NCBI RefSeq assembly: GCF_008189405.1
Contig: NZ_CP043316.1
Span: 480,001 to 512,000 of the forward strand
Direction of reading: 5' to 3'
DNA: 32,000 nucleotides
Source: Candidatus Saccharimonadota bacterium
GTDB taxonomy: Bacteria > Pseudomonadota > Alphaproteobacteria > CAJXXZ01 > 1604HC
The notes below the pieces were generated by a model. That model was not told where the DNA came from. It saw only the letters and a program-made list of their open reading frames with translations, and searched no databases. The position numbers and the translations under genes were made by a program. The first letter of the stretch is position 1; every line of letters begins with the position of its first letter. This document shows positions 8,953 to 18,229 of this stretch, one piece after another.

Positions 8953-10230
8953 ATGAGTAAAACACAAGATTCAATTAGATCGGTTGGATTAATAGGGGCT
9001 ACTTCCGTCGTTGTCGGAAGCATGATTGGAAGTGGAATTTTAATTGTATCTTCAAAAGTTTCTTATTTTGGCAGCTTTGGATTACTCGCATGGGTATTAT
9101 CATCATTATGCGCTATGTCATTAGCTTTTAGCTTTTCTTTTATGAGCAGAAAATTTAAAGATAAATCTGGAATACCATACTATGTTTACAATGCATTTAA
9201 TAGTCATTTCCTAGGGTTTCAAACATCTTGGGCACATTGGCTAGGAATGACAATTGGATGTTGCACAGTTTCTATTGCATTTGCTGATTATTTATTTTTT
9301 ATGTTGCCAGCAAACATTGCATTTTTAAAACCATTTTGTTCTATAGCAATAGTATGGATTTTAACCTTAATTAATATTAGAAGTGCTGTATTTTCCGTAG
9401 GATTAATCACTTTGATCACATTCTTGAAGGTTGGATTATTACTTGTTTTAGTTGCCTCAGCGTTAAAATACTTTTCTATCAGCAGCTTATGCATTGCAAG
9501 TAAAAACCCATCATTCACATTATCAATATTAAAAGCTATGCCTTTAGCACTATTCGCATTTTTAGGATTAGAGTCTGCCACAGCATCTGGAGATTCAATT
9601 AAAAACCCAGAAAGAACACTGCCAATAGCAACCCTGTTAGGAACGTTCATTGCATCTCTAATGTTTATCGCTGTACATATGTCTGTAATGTCTGTACTTC
9701 CATTAGAAACTCAAATTATGAGCCAGGCTCCAGTTGCAGATGTTGCAAACATTACAATGGGTGGGTTTGCAGTTTTTTTGGTTTCATTCATGGCATGTTT
9801 TGGATTAATTGGAAGTATTAATGGACTTATTTTTGTATCATCCTATATACTTTCTAACGCATCATCTATGGGATGGATGCCAAAAAGATTTAGCACTTTA
9901 AGCAAAACATCTAAATTCCCTACTATTTCTGGATTATATTCTGCAGGATTAATTACAATCACTATACTACTACACAGTATGAATATGATTAATATGCAAA
10001 TGTTGGTATATATCGATGCATTTTTGTTAATATGCATATATTTCTTGGGAACATTGGCGTATAAAATACATGGTGGAAATAATGCTATATTTGCCATTAA
10101 CATTTCTGCTTGCTTAGTACTTATGTATGGATGTGGATTGTATCAGGCATTAATTGCGCTTACTCTAATCGCATCTGGAAATATCATATACTATTGCAGA
10201 AGAAGTAAATTCATCAATACAAGTCAATAA
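8953..10230 (+). CDS. APC-superfamily amino acid/polyamine permease
   Basis: 425 aa with about 12 predicted TM helices. The N-terminal GLIGATSVVVGSMIGSGI signature is typical of amino-acid/polyamine/organocation transporters. Confidence 0.85.
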   Translation: MSKTQDSIRSVGLIGATSVVVGSMIGSGILIVSSKVSYFGSFGLLAWVLSSLCAMSLAFSFSFMSRKFKDKSGIPYYVYNAFNSHFLGFQTSWAHWLGMTIGCCTVSIAFADYLFFMLPANIAFLKPFCSIAIVWILTLINIRSAVFSVGLITLITFLKVGLLLVLVASALKYFSISSLCIASKNPSFTLSILKAMPLALFAFLGLESATASGDSIKNPERTLPIATLLGTFIASLMFIAVHMSVMSVLPLETQIMSQAPVADVANITMGGFAVFLVSFMACFGLIGSINGLIFVSSYILSNASSMGWMPKRFSTLSKTSKFPTISGLYSAGLITITILLHSMNMINMQMLVYIDAFLLICIYFLGTLAYKIHGGNNAIFAINISACLVLMYGCGLYQALIALTLIASGNIIYYCRRSKFINTSQ

Positions 10231-10812
10231 AATTCTGTAATGTTCTAGATTAATTAATCGTTAGAATTGCTAATGGATATTATTACAGCCAGAAAGATTA
10301 TATTTGACCTGTTTATCGGAAATGATACTTATGAGAGTTGAGAAATGGAGCTTATGAAGATACAGATAGCATGAACACTTATGCTATACGTAATGGCATA
10401 ATTCGTAATGTAACCAACGCATTGTCTCACCAGTATAACATTATGAGAGTGCAACTCCAGATTCAGAGCATTATAAAGTGGTAAAAATCGAACTACACAG
10501 GAAATAAATTCACGTAATAGTGAATATACGATCACCTTTCTAATCATTCTAATACATAAATTAACATATAAGTTATAGTGAATTTTCAATTCTGCTTATC
10601 TTTTTTCTTATTCTAATTTTTCATGCAACACTTATTATGCTAATTAATTAAACAACGCTAACAGCATTTACTAAACGATATTTTAATAGTTATTTTATTT
10701 TAATAAACTTAACAAACAGTAATTTCTTATAAATTTTCTGTAATATTTGAGTAAATTCCAATAAATTATCATGTTCCCTCCCTATTGAACTGACTTTATT
10801 TGCTAGGATTAA

Positions 10813-12639
10813 TTGACTTCATTTGCTAGGTTTATTAGAATATTTATAGTGTTTGGTAAAAATAAAAATATAATTCTATGGTTTATGTTAGTGATTCTTG
10901 CAATCGGGATGGCTAATGTATTTAAAAATTCTGATCAGCATGATATTCAAAATATAGCTTTTTCTGATTTCGCTTCTGATACTAATAAAGGTTTAATATC
11001 TTCTGTTGTCATAAGAGGCCCTAATGTTAAGGGATTTTTCAAAAATGGACAGAAATTTTCTACAACTGTTCCATACTCCGATAAGAATCTAGTAAAAAGG
11101 CTTTTGGATAATAAGGTACATATACAAGCTTCCTATTCTCAAGAAACTTCTTTGGTGAATTGGGTAGGTTTGATTTTATCTTGGTTGCCATCATTATTAA
11201 TTGTTGGAATGATGTTTTATTCCATGCGTAATATTCAGGGTAGTGCTGGGAAAACAATGGGATTGTTCGGAAAACTAAAAGCTCGCCTAGCAACGGGAGA
11301 AAATAATAATATCACTTTCGCAGATGTTGCTGGAGCTAAAGAAGCTAAAGAAGGTTTGAAAGAAATTGTAGACTTTTTAAAAAATAAACAAAAATTTGCT
11401 TCTTTGGGAGCTAGAATACCTAAAGGTGTACTGCTCTCAGGCCCTCCTGGAACAGGAAAAACTTTACTAGCAAAAAGTGTGGCTGGTGAGGCTGGAGTCC
11501 CATTTTTCTCTACATCTGGTTCTGATTTTATCGAAATGTTTGCTGGAGTTGGAGCAAGTAGAATTAGAGATATGTTCGAACAGGGCAAAAAACATGCGCC
11601 ATGCATTGTGTTTATTGATGAGATTGATGCTATTGGAGCTAAAAGAGGCGGGGGCATGGGCAGTGGATGTGAAGAAAGAGAACAAACACTGAACCAACTT
11701 CTTGTAGAAATGGATGGATTCACCCCTAATGAAGGAGTAATAATTCTTGCTTCTACTAACCGAGCTGGCGTATTGGATCCAGCTTTATTGCGTGCAGGTA
11801 GATTTGACAGACAAGTGACATTTTCATTACCTAATTTGGAAGAAAGAAAAGAAATATTACGATTACATATGAAAAAAATCAAAACTGATGATAGCATAAT
11901 GATCGATACTATTGCACAAGGAACACCTGGATTCTCTGGAGCTGATTTAAGTAATTTGATTAATGAAGCTGCTATATTCGCTGCTCGATATGAAAAGAAC
12001 ATGGTTAACATGTCTGATTTCGAAGAAGCGAAAGATAAAATATTAATGGGATCAAAGAAGAGCTCACTTATCATAAGCGATGAAGATAAAAAGCTTACAG
12101 CATATCACGAAGCTGGTCATGCATTAGTTGCGCTTAAAAGTAAAAATTCTGACCCTATTCACAAAGCAACTATTATTGCACGTGGGCATGCACTTGGAAT
12201 GGTCGTACGCCTTCCTGAAAAAGATCAAGTTTCTGTTTCAAAAGCTAAGTTACTAGATGATTTGGTAGTTGCGATGGGTGGGTTAGCTGCAGAAAAAATG
12301 ATTTTTGGTGATGATAAAGTTACAACAGGAGCATCATCAGACATCAAAATGGCTACAAATATAGCTAGAAATATGGTTACAAAATGGGGAATGGGTGATG
12401 CTGGTTACGTACACTATAACTATAATGATCAATATGATAATTCCACATCCCAGAGTATGTATGAAGTGATTGATAAACAAGTAAAAAAGATTGTTGATAA
12501 TGCATTTGATGTTGCATCTCAGATCCTTAAAAAATACGAAGAAAATTTACATACACTAGCCCAAAACTTAATCGAAAAAGAAGAGTTAACTGGCAAAGAA
12601 ATCAATGCATTACTTAGTAAACACACTACATTTAGGTAA
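10813..12639 (+). CDS. ftsH: ATP-dependent zinc metalloprotease FtsH
   Basis: Walker A GPPGTGKT, Walker B FIDEIDA, SRH TNRAGVLDPALLRAGRFDR and the zinc site HEAGHA are present, with two N-terminal TM segments. The start is uncertain: TTG at 10813 or GTG at 10849 (MFGKNKN...). Confidence 0.95.
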   Translation: MTSFARFIRIFIVFGKNKNIILWFMLVILAIGMANVFKNSDQHDIQNIAFSDFASDTNKGLISSVVIRGPNVKGFFKNGQKFSTTVPYSDKNLVKRLLDNKVHIQASYSQETSLVNWVGLILSWLPSLLIVGMMFYSMRNIQGSAGKTMGLFGKLKARLATGENNNITFADVAGAKEAKEGLKEIVDFLKNKQKFASLGARIPKGVLLSGPPGTGKTLLAKSVAGEAGVPFFSTSGSDFIEMFAGVGASRIRDMFEQGKKHAPCIVFIDEIDAIGAKRGGGMGSGCEEREQTLNQLLVEMDGFTPNEGVIILASTNRAGVLDPALLRAGRFDRQVTFSLPNLEERKEILRLHMKKIKTDDSIMIDTIAQGTPGFSGADLSNLINEAAIFAARYEKNMVNMSDFEEAKDKILMGSKKSSLIISDEDKKLTAYHEAGHALVALKSKNSDPIHKATIIARGHALGMVVRLPEKDQVSVSKAKLLDDLVVAMGGLAAEKMIFGDDKVTTGASSDIKMATNIARNMVTKWGMGDAGYVHYNYNDQYDNSTSQSMYEVIDKQVKKIVDNAFDVASQILKKYEENLHTLAQNLIEKEELTGKEINALLSKHTTFR

Positions 12640-15252
12640 TTTAGACTTTAATAATTTCTGAACGTTCTCACTATCTTTAATGGGATTATTCCATAAATTC
12701 AACTTAGTAAGATTTGTTAGCTTATCTAATCCTGGCAATTCACTAAATTTATTATTACTCAAACTCAGCTCAATTAGATTTGTTAGATTATCCAGTCCTG
12801 GCAATTCACTTAACTGATTATCATATAAATACAACTCAATAAGATTCGTTAGCTTATCTAATCCTGGCAATTCGCTGAACTGATTAGAATTTATATTTAA
12901 TTTAGTTAAATTTGTTAGCTTATCCAACCCTGGCAATTCACTAAATTTATTCTTATATAAATACAACTGAGTTAGATTTGTTAGCTTATCCAATCCTGGC
13001 AATTCGCTGAACTGATTACTACCCAAATACAACTCAGTTAGATTCGTTAGTTTATCCAATCCTGGCAATTCGCTGAACTGATTATTACCCAAATACAACC
13101 CAGTTAGATTTGTTAGCTTATCTAATCCTGGCAATTCACTAAATTTATTATTATATAAATATAACTCAGTTAAATTTATTAGTTTATCCAATCCTGGCAA
13201 TTCACTGAATTGATTATTATATAAATTCAACTCAGTTAGATTTGTTAGTTTATCCAATCCTGGCAATTCACTGAACTTATTATAATTTAGATTCAATTTA
13301 GTTAGATTCGTTAGTTTATCTAATTCTGGCAATTCGCTGAACTGATTATTACGCAAATACAACCCAGTTAGATTTGTTAGCTTATCTAACTCTTGTAATT
13401 CACTTAACTGATTCCAACTTAAATCCAATTCAATTAGATTTGTTAGCTTATCCAATCTTAGCAATTCGCTGAACTGATTATTACTCAAACTCAGATCAAT
13501 TAGATTTGTTAGCTTATCCAATCCTGGCAATTCGCTGAACTGATTATTATGCAAATATAATTTAGTTAAATTTATTAGTTTATCCAATCCTGGCAATTCA
13601 CTTAACTGATTATTCATTAAATTCAACTTAGTTAAATTTGTTAGCTTATCCAACCCTGGCAATTCGCTGAACTGATTATTATGTAAATTCAACTCAGTTA
13701 GATTCTTGAAATTAGATAATCCATCTAATTTATTTAACTTCTTATCTTGTAGATCTAACTTAGTAATTTTATTGCGCCATGCACATAATTTTATTGCTCT
13801 CCCTAGCCTATCTAATAGTTCTTTATGTGTTGCGCCATATGGTGAAATAATGGATCTGCTTAATACTACCAATTCCTTATTTATGCTCAATGATGTAGTA
13901 ATAGATGCATCAAACCCCGTATGTATAGAATATAGTGTTTCGAGAGTATTTAATTCTACTAATTGATCACTATTTAGATTCAATGATGTAAGATTAGGCA
14001 ATTTGTCCAATGCTGGTAATGCGCTAAATTGGCTATCACTGAAATCTAATTCGGTCAAATTTGTAAGATTACCCAATTCTGGAAGTAAACTGCAATCGCT
14101 AAACCTCATATTTAATATAGTTAAATTCACTAATTTGTCTAACCCTGGGTATGCTATAAATTTATTCAATCCTAAATTCAATTCTTTCAAATTGATTAGT
14201 TTATCCAATCCTGGTAATTCACTGAACTGATTAGAATTTATATTTAATTTAGTTAAATTAATTAGCTTATCCAAATTAGGCAACTCTATTAAATTATTAT
14301 TTCCTAAATCTAGTAATGTAAGATTTTGCAAATTAGCCAAATCAATTTCTTCTAACTTATTATGCTTTAAATTCAATTTAGATACTTTTGGCAAATCAGT
14401 AAAATCAGGTAATTCGCTAAACTTATTGTAGCTTAAATCTACTGTCTCTAAACTCACACACTGCTCAAAACCCTGTAATTCTTCTAACTCATTACAATGC
14501 AAATCCATATGCTCTAAGCGAATACATTTATCCAATCCCTCTAACCGCTTTAATTTATTATTTGATAAATCTAATTCTATTAAATTTATGCATCTATTTA
14601 ATGGACAAAATGTAGTCAACTTATTATTTGCTAAATCTAATTTTCTTAAAAATATCGATCTACCTAAATCAGGAGGCGATTCGATTCTATTATTATTTGC
14701 ACATATTTCAAATGCATTATGTATATGCCCAGGCAATGTTGTCAAACAGTTTTCTTGTAACCTCAAACAGCTTATGTTTATTCCCATTGGATTGTAAATA
14801 TTCTGCATTATATGTGTAGGGAATTCTTTTAGCTTTGACCCTTCCATATATAATGTGCCTATTTCAACCTTTGTAATCATCTCTGGTAGTTCTTCTAAAC
14901 CACTTATATTTAAAGATAAAGCTAAATATGTTTGCATAGAGTATTTATATATTTCGATTAAACTTTTTATATATGGACTATCATTTTCTCTAATAATCTC
15001 CTTTAGAGTTTCAGGATTTTTAGCATATCGCTCATAATTCTCATCAATATTTTCAGTAATACTTTGTGGCAACCAAGCATATTTATCCCCATTTTCCGTC
15101 AAAAAACTAGCGCGTTTATCAGATTTATACAGATCTATCATTAAACCCAAACGCTCTTCAATTCCCTTTTCAATATCGGTTACAGTATTCGTACCACATA
15201 TCATTAACGCATACAAATAGAAATTTAATATTTTCATGCCACCATTATACAT
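12610..15252 (-). CDS. Large leucine-rich-repeat protein (880 aa) with a 22-residue internalin-like repeat
   Basis: A non-repeat N-terminal region of about 190 aa is followed by about 11 divergent LRRs and a non-LRR linker of about 60 aa. Sixteen very regular units then follow (LPGLDKLTNLTxLxLxxNQFSE). The 3' end overlaps the ftsH 3' end by 30 nt. Confidence 0.9.
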   Translation of the reverse strand: MYNGGMKILNFYLYALMICGTNTVTDIEKGIEERLGLMIDLYKSDKRASFLTENGDKYAWLPQSITENIDENYERYAKNPETLKEIIRENDSPYIKSLIEIYKYSMQTYLALSLNISGLEELPEMITKVEIGTLYMEGSKLKEFPTHIMQNIYNPMGINISCLRLQENCLTTLPGHIHNAFEICANNNRIESPPDLGRSIFLRKLDLANNKLTTFCPLNRCINLIELDLSNNKLKRLEGLDKCIRLEHMDLHCNELEELQGFEQCVSLETVDLSYNKFSELPDFTDLPKVSKLNLKHNKLEEIDLANLQNLTLLDLGNNNLIELPNLDKLINLTKLNINSNQFSELPGLDKLINLKELNLGLNKFIAYPGLDKLVNLTILNMRFSDCSLLPELGNLTNLTELDFSDSQFSALPALDKLPNLTSLNLNSDQLVELNTLETLYSIHTGFDASITTSLSINKELVVLSRSIISPYGATHKELLDRLGRAIKLCAWRNKITKLDLQDKKLNKLDGLSNFKNLTELNLHNNQFSELPGLDKLTNLTKLNLMNNQLSELPGLDKLINLTKLYLHNNQFSELPGLDKLTNLIDLSLSNNQFSELLRLDKLTNLIELDLSWNQLSELQELDKLTNLTGLYLRNNQFSELPELDKLTNLTKLNLNYNKFSELPGLDKLTNLTELNLYNNQFSELPGLDKLINLTELYLYNNKFSELPGLDKLTNLTGLYLGNNQFSELPGLDKLTNLTELYLGSNQFSELPGLDKLTNLTQLYLYKNKFSELPGLDKLTNLTKLNINSNQFSELPGLDKLTNLIELYLYDNQLSELPGLDNLTNLIELSLSNNKFSELPGLDKLTNLTKLNLWNNPIKDSENVQKLLKSKLPKCSVFTK
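12670..13735. repeat. Tandem 66-bp coding repeats (about 16 units) inside the 880-aa LRR gene
   Basis: The motif cctggcaattc recurs at 12731, 12797, 12863, 12929 ... 13655, an exact 66-nt register over 14 intervals. Many stretches of about 40 nt are identical between units. Confidence 0.92.
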
Positions 15253-15452
15253 ATAATTCTTGCAATATCAACTACATATTAGATATGTTTAAGTGATTCT
15301 CAAATATTGATAAAATAGCTTAAATATCATCTAAATTTAAATGATATTTCTGCATTTAATACAAATTAATAATTTGTACTGAGAATACCATATCAAACTG
15401 ATGCTAAACAATGACAATCATGATTTCTTATAGTCAGATACAGCATTAAAAT

Positions 15453-16838
15453 TTATGCTCTATCCAAATCGTAAAATTTAGTCATAGCATCTTCAAATCC
15501 GATTTGCATATTTTTAATTGGACCATGCCTTTGTTTTGCAATCATAATCTCAGCTAAATTATGTATTTTTTCCATTTTAGCTTGCCATACTTCCATTTTA
15601 TCTGAACCCTCAGATGGTTTTTTTCTCGCTTCATAATAGGCTTCACGGAAAATAAACATTACAACATCAGCATCTTGCTCAATAGTACCAGATTCACGTA
15701 AGTCAGATAATTGAGGTCGCTTATCATCTCTTTGTTCAACTGCACGTGATAACTGTGATAATGCAACCACTGGTACTGATAATTCTTTTGCCAATGATTT
15801 TAATGATCTTGTAATAAATGATAATTCTTGCACCCTATTATCTTGATTCATACCAGAATGCATTAATTGTAAATAATCTAAAATAATTAAATCTAAATTC
15901 TCTTGCCTATGCAATCTCCTTGCTCGTGTTCGCAATCCAGATACACTCAATGCAGGTGTATCATCAATAAACAAAGGAATATCAAACAATTTCTGTGAAG
16001 TTTTTGTTAATTTATGCATTTCATGTTCTTGAATAGCTCCTCTTCTGATCTTATCAGATGGAATATTGGTCTCAGAACCTAGGATACGTAAAGCAAGTTG
16101 CTCTGAAGACATTTCAAGAGAGAAAAATGCTACTTTTTTCTTTTTTGAAGCAGCCTGAAATGCAATATTAGTTGCTAATGCAGTTTTACCCATAGATGGT
16201 CTTGCAGCTAAAATAATCAAATCAGATTTATGGAACCCACCTAAAGCTCTATCTAATTCATATAATCCTGTAGATATACCAACTACATGATCAGTACTCC
16301 TAAAAGCAACTTCTGCTTGTTTCACTGCTGCTGTCAATGCATTTCCAAAATTTATATCATTCTTTTGAGTACCTAACGTAGCTAAAGAAAATAAATTATG
16401 CTCTGCTTTTTCAATTTGCTCTAATGCGCTATGTTGTAATTGCATATCATAGGCTTCGCCTTTTATTTTATCTCCTATAAGTATTAATTGCCTTCTAACA
16501 TAACGGTCAAAGATTTGCTTACCATAGTCTTCTGTATGAGATAAAGAAATAATGTAAGATTCAAGATTTTTTAAATACTCTTCCCCACCATATTCTTTAA
16601 TTAATTCATCTTGTAGGAAAAATGGCCAAATTGTAATTGGATTAGCAAGCTGACCCTTTCCAATAGTATAAGATATATGCTGGAATATTTTTTTATGTAA
16701 TGGGTCAAAGAAATGCTCAGGTAATAAAAATTCTGCTATATTCTCGAAAAGTAAATTTTCATGCAAAACAGCTCCTAGAAGCGCTTTTTCTGCTTCTAAA
16801 GCATTAGGTAATATCTTTACTTCTTGAATATCATTCAT
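15453..16838 (-). CDS. dnaB: Replicative DNA helicase DnaB
   Basis: N-terminal PNALEAEKALLGAVL, Walker A AARPSMGKTALA, Walker B IILDYLQLM, and the SQLSR and RESGTIEQDADVV motifs are present. The gene starts 14 nt downstream of rplI. Confidence 0.95.
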   Translation of the reverse strand: MNDIQEVKILPNALEAEKALLGAVLHENLLFENIAEFLLPEHFFDPLHKKIFQHISYTIGKGQLANPITIWPFFLQDELIKEYGGEEYLKNLESYIISLSHTEDYGKQIFDRYVRRQLILIGDKIKGEAYDMQLQHSALEQIEKAEHNLFSLATLGTQKNDINFGNALTAAVKQAEVAFRSTDHVVGISTGLYELDRALGGFHKSDLIILAARPSMGKTALATNIAFQAASKKKKVAFFSLEMSSEQLALRILGSETNIPSDKIRRGAIQEHEMHKLTKTSQKLFDIPLFIDDTPALSVSGLRTRARRLHRQENLDLIILDYLQLMHSGMNQDNRVQELSFITRSLKSLAKELSVPVVALSQLSRAVEQRDDKRPQLSDLRESGTIEQDADVVMFIFREAYYEARKKPSEGSDKMEVWQAKMEKIHNLAEIMIAKQRHGPIKNMQIGFEDAMTKFYDLDRA

Positions 16839-16852
16839 ACTTTACGAATATA

Positions 16853-17323
16853 TTATTCTATAACTTCTGGAGATTTTACATTAATTGTAATGTTAGATTG
16901 ATTTCCATAAGTGTGTATTTGTGCAGTAAATGATCCAATCTCTTTAATAGGTTTCATAACAATATCTTCTTTTTTAATTGCAAAACCTTTATCAGCAAGC
17001 TGCATAATAATTTCTTTACTAGAAATAGAACCATAAAGTCTGAATCCATCAACAGTATTATGTTCAATATCTATTGTGATTTTATCAATTTGATCTTTAA
17101 TTGCCTTACCTTCTGCTTTTCTCTTTTCATCTATAGATAACCAATCGTTTCTTTTTTGTTCAAGCATTTCTAGATTTGGTTTAGTAGCCATAACAGCTCT
17201 TCCTTCAGGAATCAGAAAATTCAAAGCATATCCTCTTTTAACTGATACTACGTCACCAGGAAGACCTCTGCCTCTTAATCTTTCTTTCAATACTACAGAT
17301 ATTAAATGTGATGTTTTTTTCAT
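16853..17323 (-). CDS. rplI: 50S ribosomal protein L9
   Basis: VVLKERLRGRGLPGDVVSVKRGYALNFLIPEGRAV matches the L9 N-domain. The ATG at 17323 is preferred. The ORF extension to a TTG at 17416 is low-complexity with no L9 counterpart. Confidence 0.9.
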   Translation of the reverse strand: MKKTSHLISVVLKERLRGRGLPGDVVSVKRGYALNFLIPEGRAVMATKPNLEMLEQKRNDWLSIDEKRKAEGKAIKDQIDKITIDIEHNTVDGFRLYGSISSKEIIMQLADKGFAIKKEDIVMKPIKEIGSFTAQIHTYGNQSNITINVKSPEVIE

Positions 17324-17449
17324 AATATATACATTATTCTCCTCAAAAATGCTATTAAAATCAATAGCAAAAAATGTATTAGTAAATGTATTGGAAAATA
17401 ACAAGAATCCAGTCAAGAAAAATAATGAAAATTCTGCTAAAATTAATCT

Positions 17450-17647
17450 ATGTTTTTAAACATATCAATCGTATCAATATTAATTATATCAATATCCAAA
17501 AAGAGTTGGAGCAAATTTATAATTATAGATAGTATACTTCCTATTATATGTATCATATGGCTCAAACATGGCGTATCTTCTGAATATATATTTTTCTTCT
17601 TGATAAGTTCTTATTTATTACCTAAAATTCTAAAGGCGGTTTCATGA
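17450..17647 (+). CDS. Hypothetical small membrane protein (65 aa)
   Basis: ATG-initiated ORF with two hydrophobic segments. Its stop overlaps the next ORF's start (ATGA, 4-nt overlap). It could be a chance ORF in AT-rich DNA. Confidence 0.3.
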   Translation: MFLNISIVSILIISISKKSWSKFIIIDSILPIICIIWLKHGVSSEYIFFFLISSYLLPKILKAVS

Positions 17648-18138
17648 ATTCATTACTTAATTTTCATAACAAAATTACAAATTATTTCCATAACAAATCC
17701 ATGTGTATTATGTGTATGTTTTGGATAATACCATTTTTTATAAGTTTAACTATAGCATGGGTAGTACTACTAATAATTTTCTTTTTACTAGCAATGTTTG
17801 TCCCTATTTTTATACCTATTTTTGTATTACTTTCACTTGGAATAGCATTGATCAATATTATAATGCATATGCCATTATTAAGCATTTTATTTATAGGAGC
17901 ACTATGGGTACTGAGAGACCAAATCGATACAATATGGCATCAATTTTTCTTAAAAAAGAGTTATTCAATTCAAAAACCAATATTATCAAACTCTGCTCCT
18001 TTGATTTTATCTATATTTATAGTTCATGGATTATTCTATGTGCTTCCATTACCAAATATCTTAAAATTTGCAATCTTGTCATTAATTTCTGTTTATATGT
18101 TTAAAAACTCTAAGCATAACCATAAATGTTGTAATTAA
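17644..18138 (+). CDS. Hypothetical polytopic membrane protein (164 aa)
   Basis: About 4-5 predicted TM helices separated by a basic loop (RDQIDTIWHQFFLKKSYSIQK). It is on the same strand as, and 91 nt upstream of, the first SIGNL-type LRR gene. I recognise no family. Confidence 0.5.
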   Translation: MNSLLNFHNKITNYFHNKSMCIMCMFWIIPFFISLTIAWVVLLIIFFLLAMFVPIFIPIFVLLSLGIALINIIMHMPLLSILFIGALWVLRDQIDTIWHQFFLKKSYSIQKPILSNSAPLILSIFIVHGLFYVLPLPNILKFAILSLISVYMFKNSKHNHKCCN

Positions 18139-18229
18139 TATAACAATAAAAATAAAACTTATTAAATAAGAGATAGATTTTATAAAGTATATAATTTACA
18201 AAAAAATCATCTTACGATAATATAAAAAT

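Noticed and set aside
8136-8956. Plus-strand ORFs of 62-84 aa within or upstream of prmC
   Set aside because: They lie antisense to the well-supported methyltransferase gene or its spurious extension. They have no start context and low-complexity translations.
10270-10310. Possible tmRNA tag-like reading frame (gct aat gga tat tat tac agc cag aaa gat tat att tga, ANGYYYSQKDYI*)
   Set aside because: No tRNA-like acceptor or T-arm (GGTTCGA-type) lies nearby. The tag does not end in the usual hydrophobic LAA/VAA-type terminus. This is probably a coincidence.
10329-10589. 86-aa minus-strand ORF upstream of ftsH
   Set aside because: It has no SD, and its composition is not protein-like (Cys/Ile/Tyr/Val-rich with no motifs). 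I treat the region as a possible relic or RNA instead (see findings).
11235-12074. 279-aa minus-strand ORF (plus 76-77-aa ORFs) inside ftsH
   Set aside because: It lies antisense to the most conserved AAA+ part of FtsH. The translation is Ser/Pro/Ala-rich nonsense with no start context. It is a shadow ORF in a locally GC-richer gene.
12670-14650. Regular direct repeats that might be taken for a CRISPR array
   Set aside because: The repeats are contiguous 66-bp units with no unique spacers. They lie in one long open frame encoding canonical LRR units. No cas genes are present.
13706-15037. Multiple 60-86-aa plus-strand ORFs inside the 880-aa LRR gene
   Set aside because: They are antisense readings of the LRR repeats and are themselves repetitive (NSLN/LSNPG patterns). 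They are shadow ORFs.
18118-18138. C-terminal ...HKCCN of the 164-aa membrane ORF as a eukaryotic prenylation (CCX-type) motif
   Set aside because: CaaX needs Cys at position -4, which is not the case here. Rab-type CC motifs need the Rab fold and REP recognition. The idea is too speculative to support from five residues.
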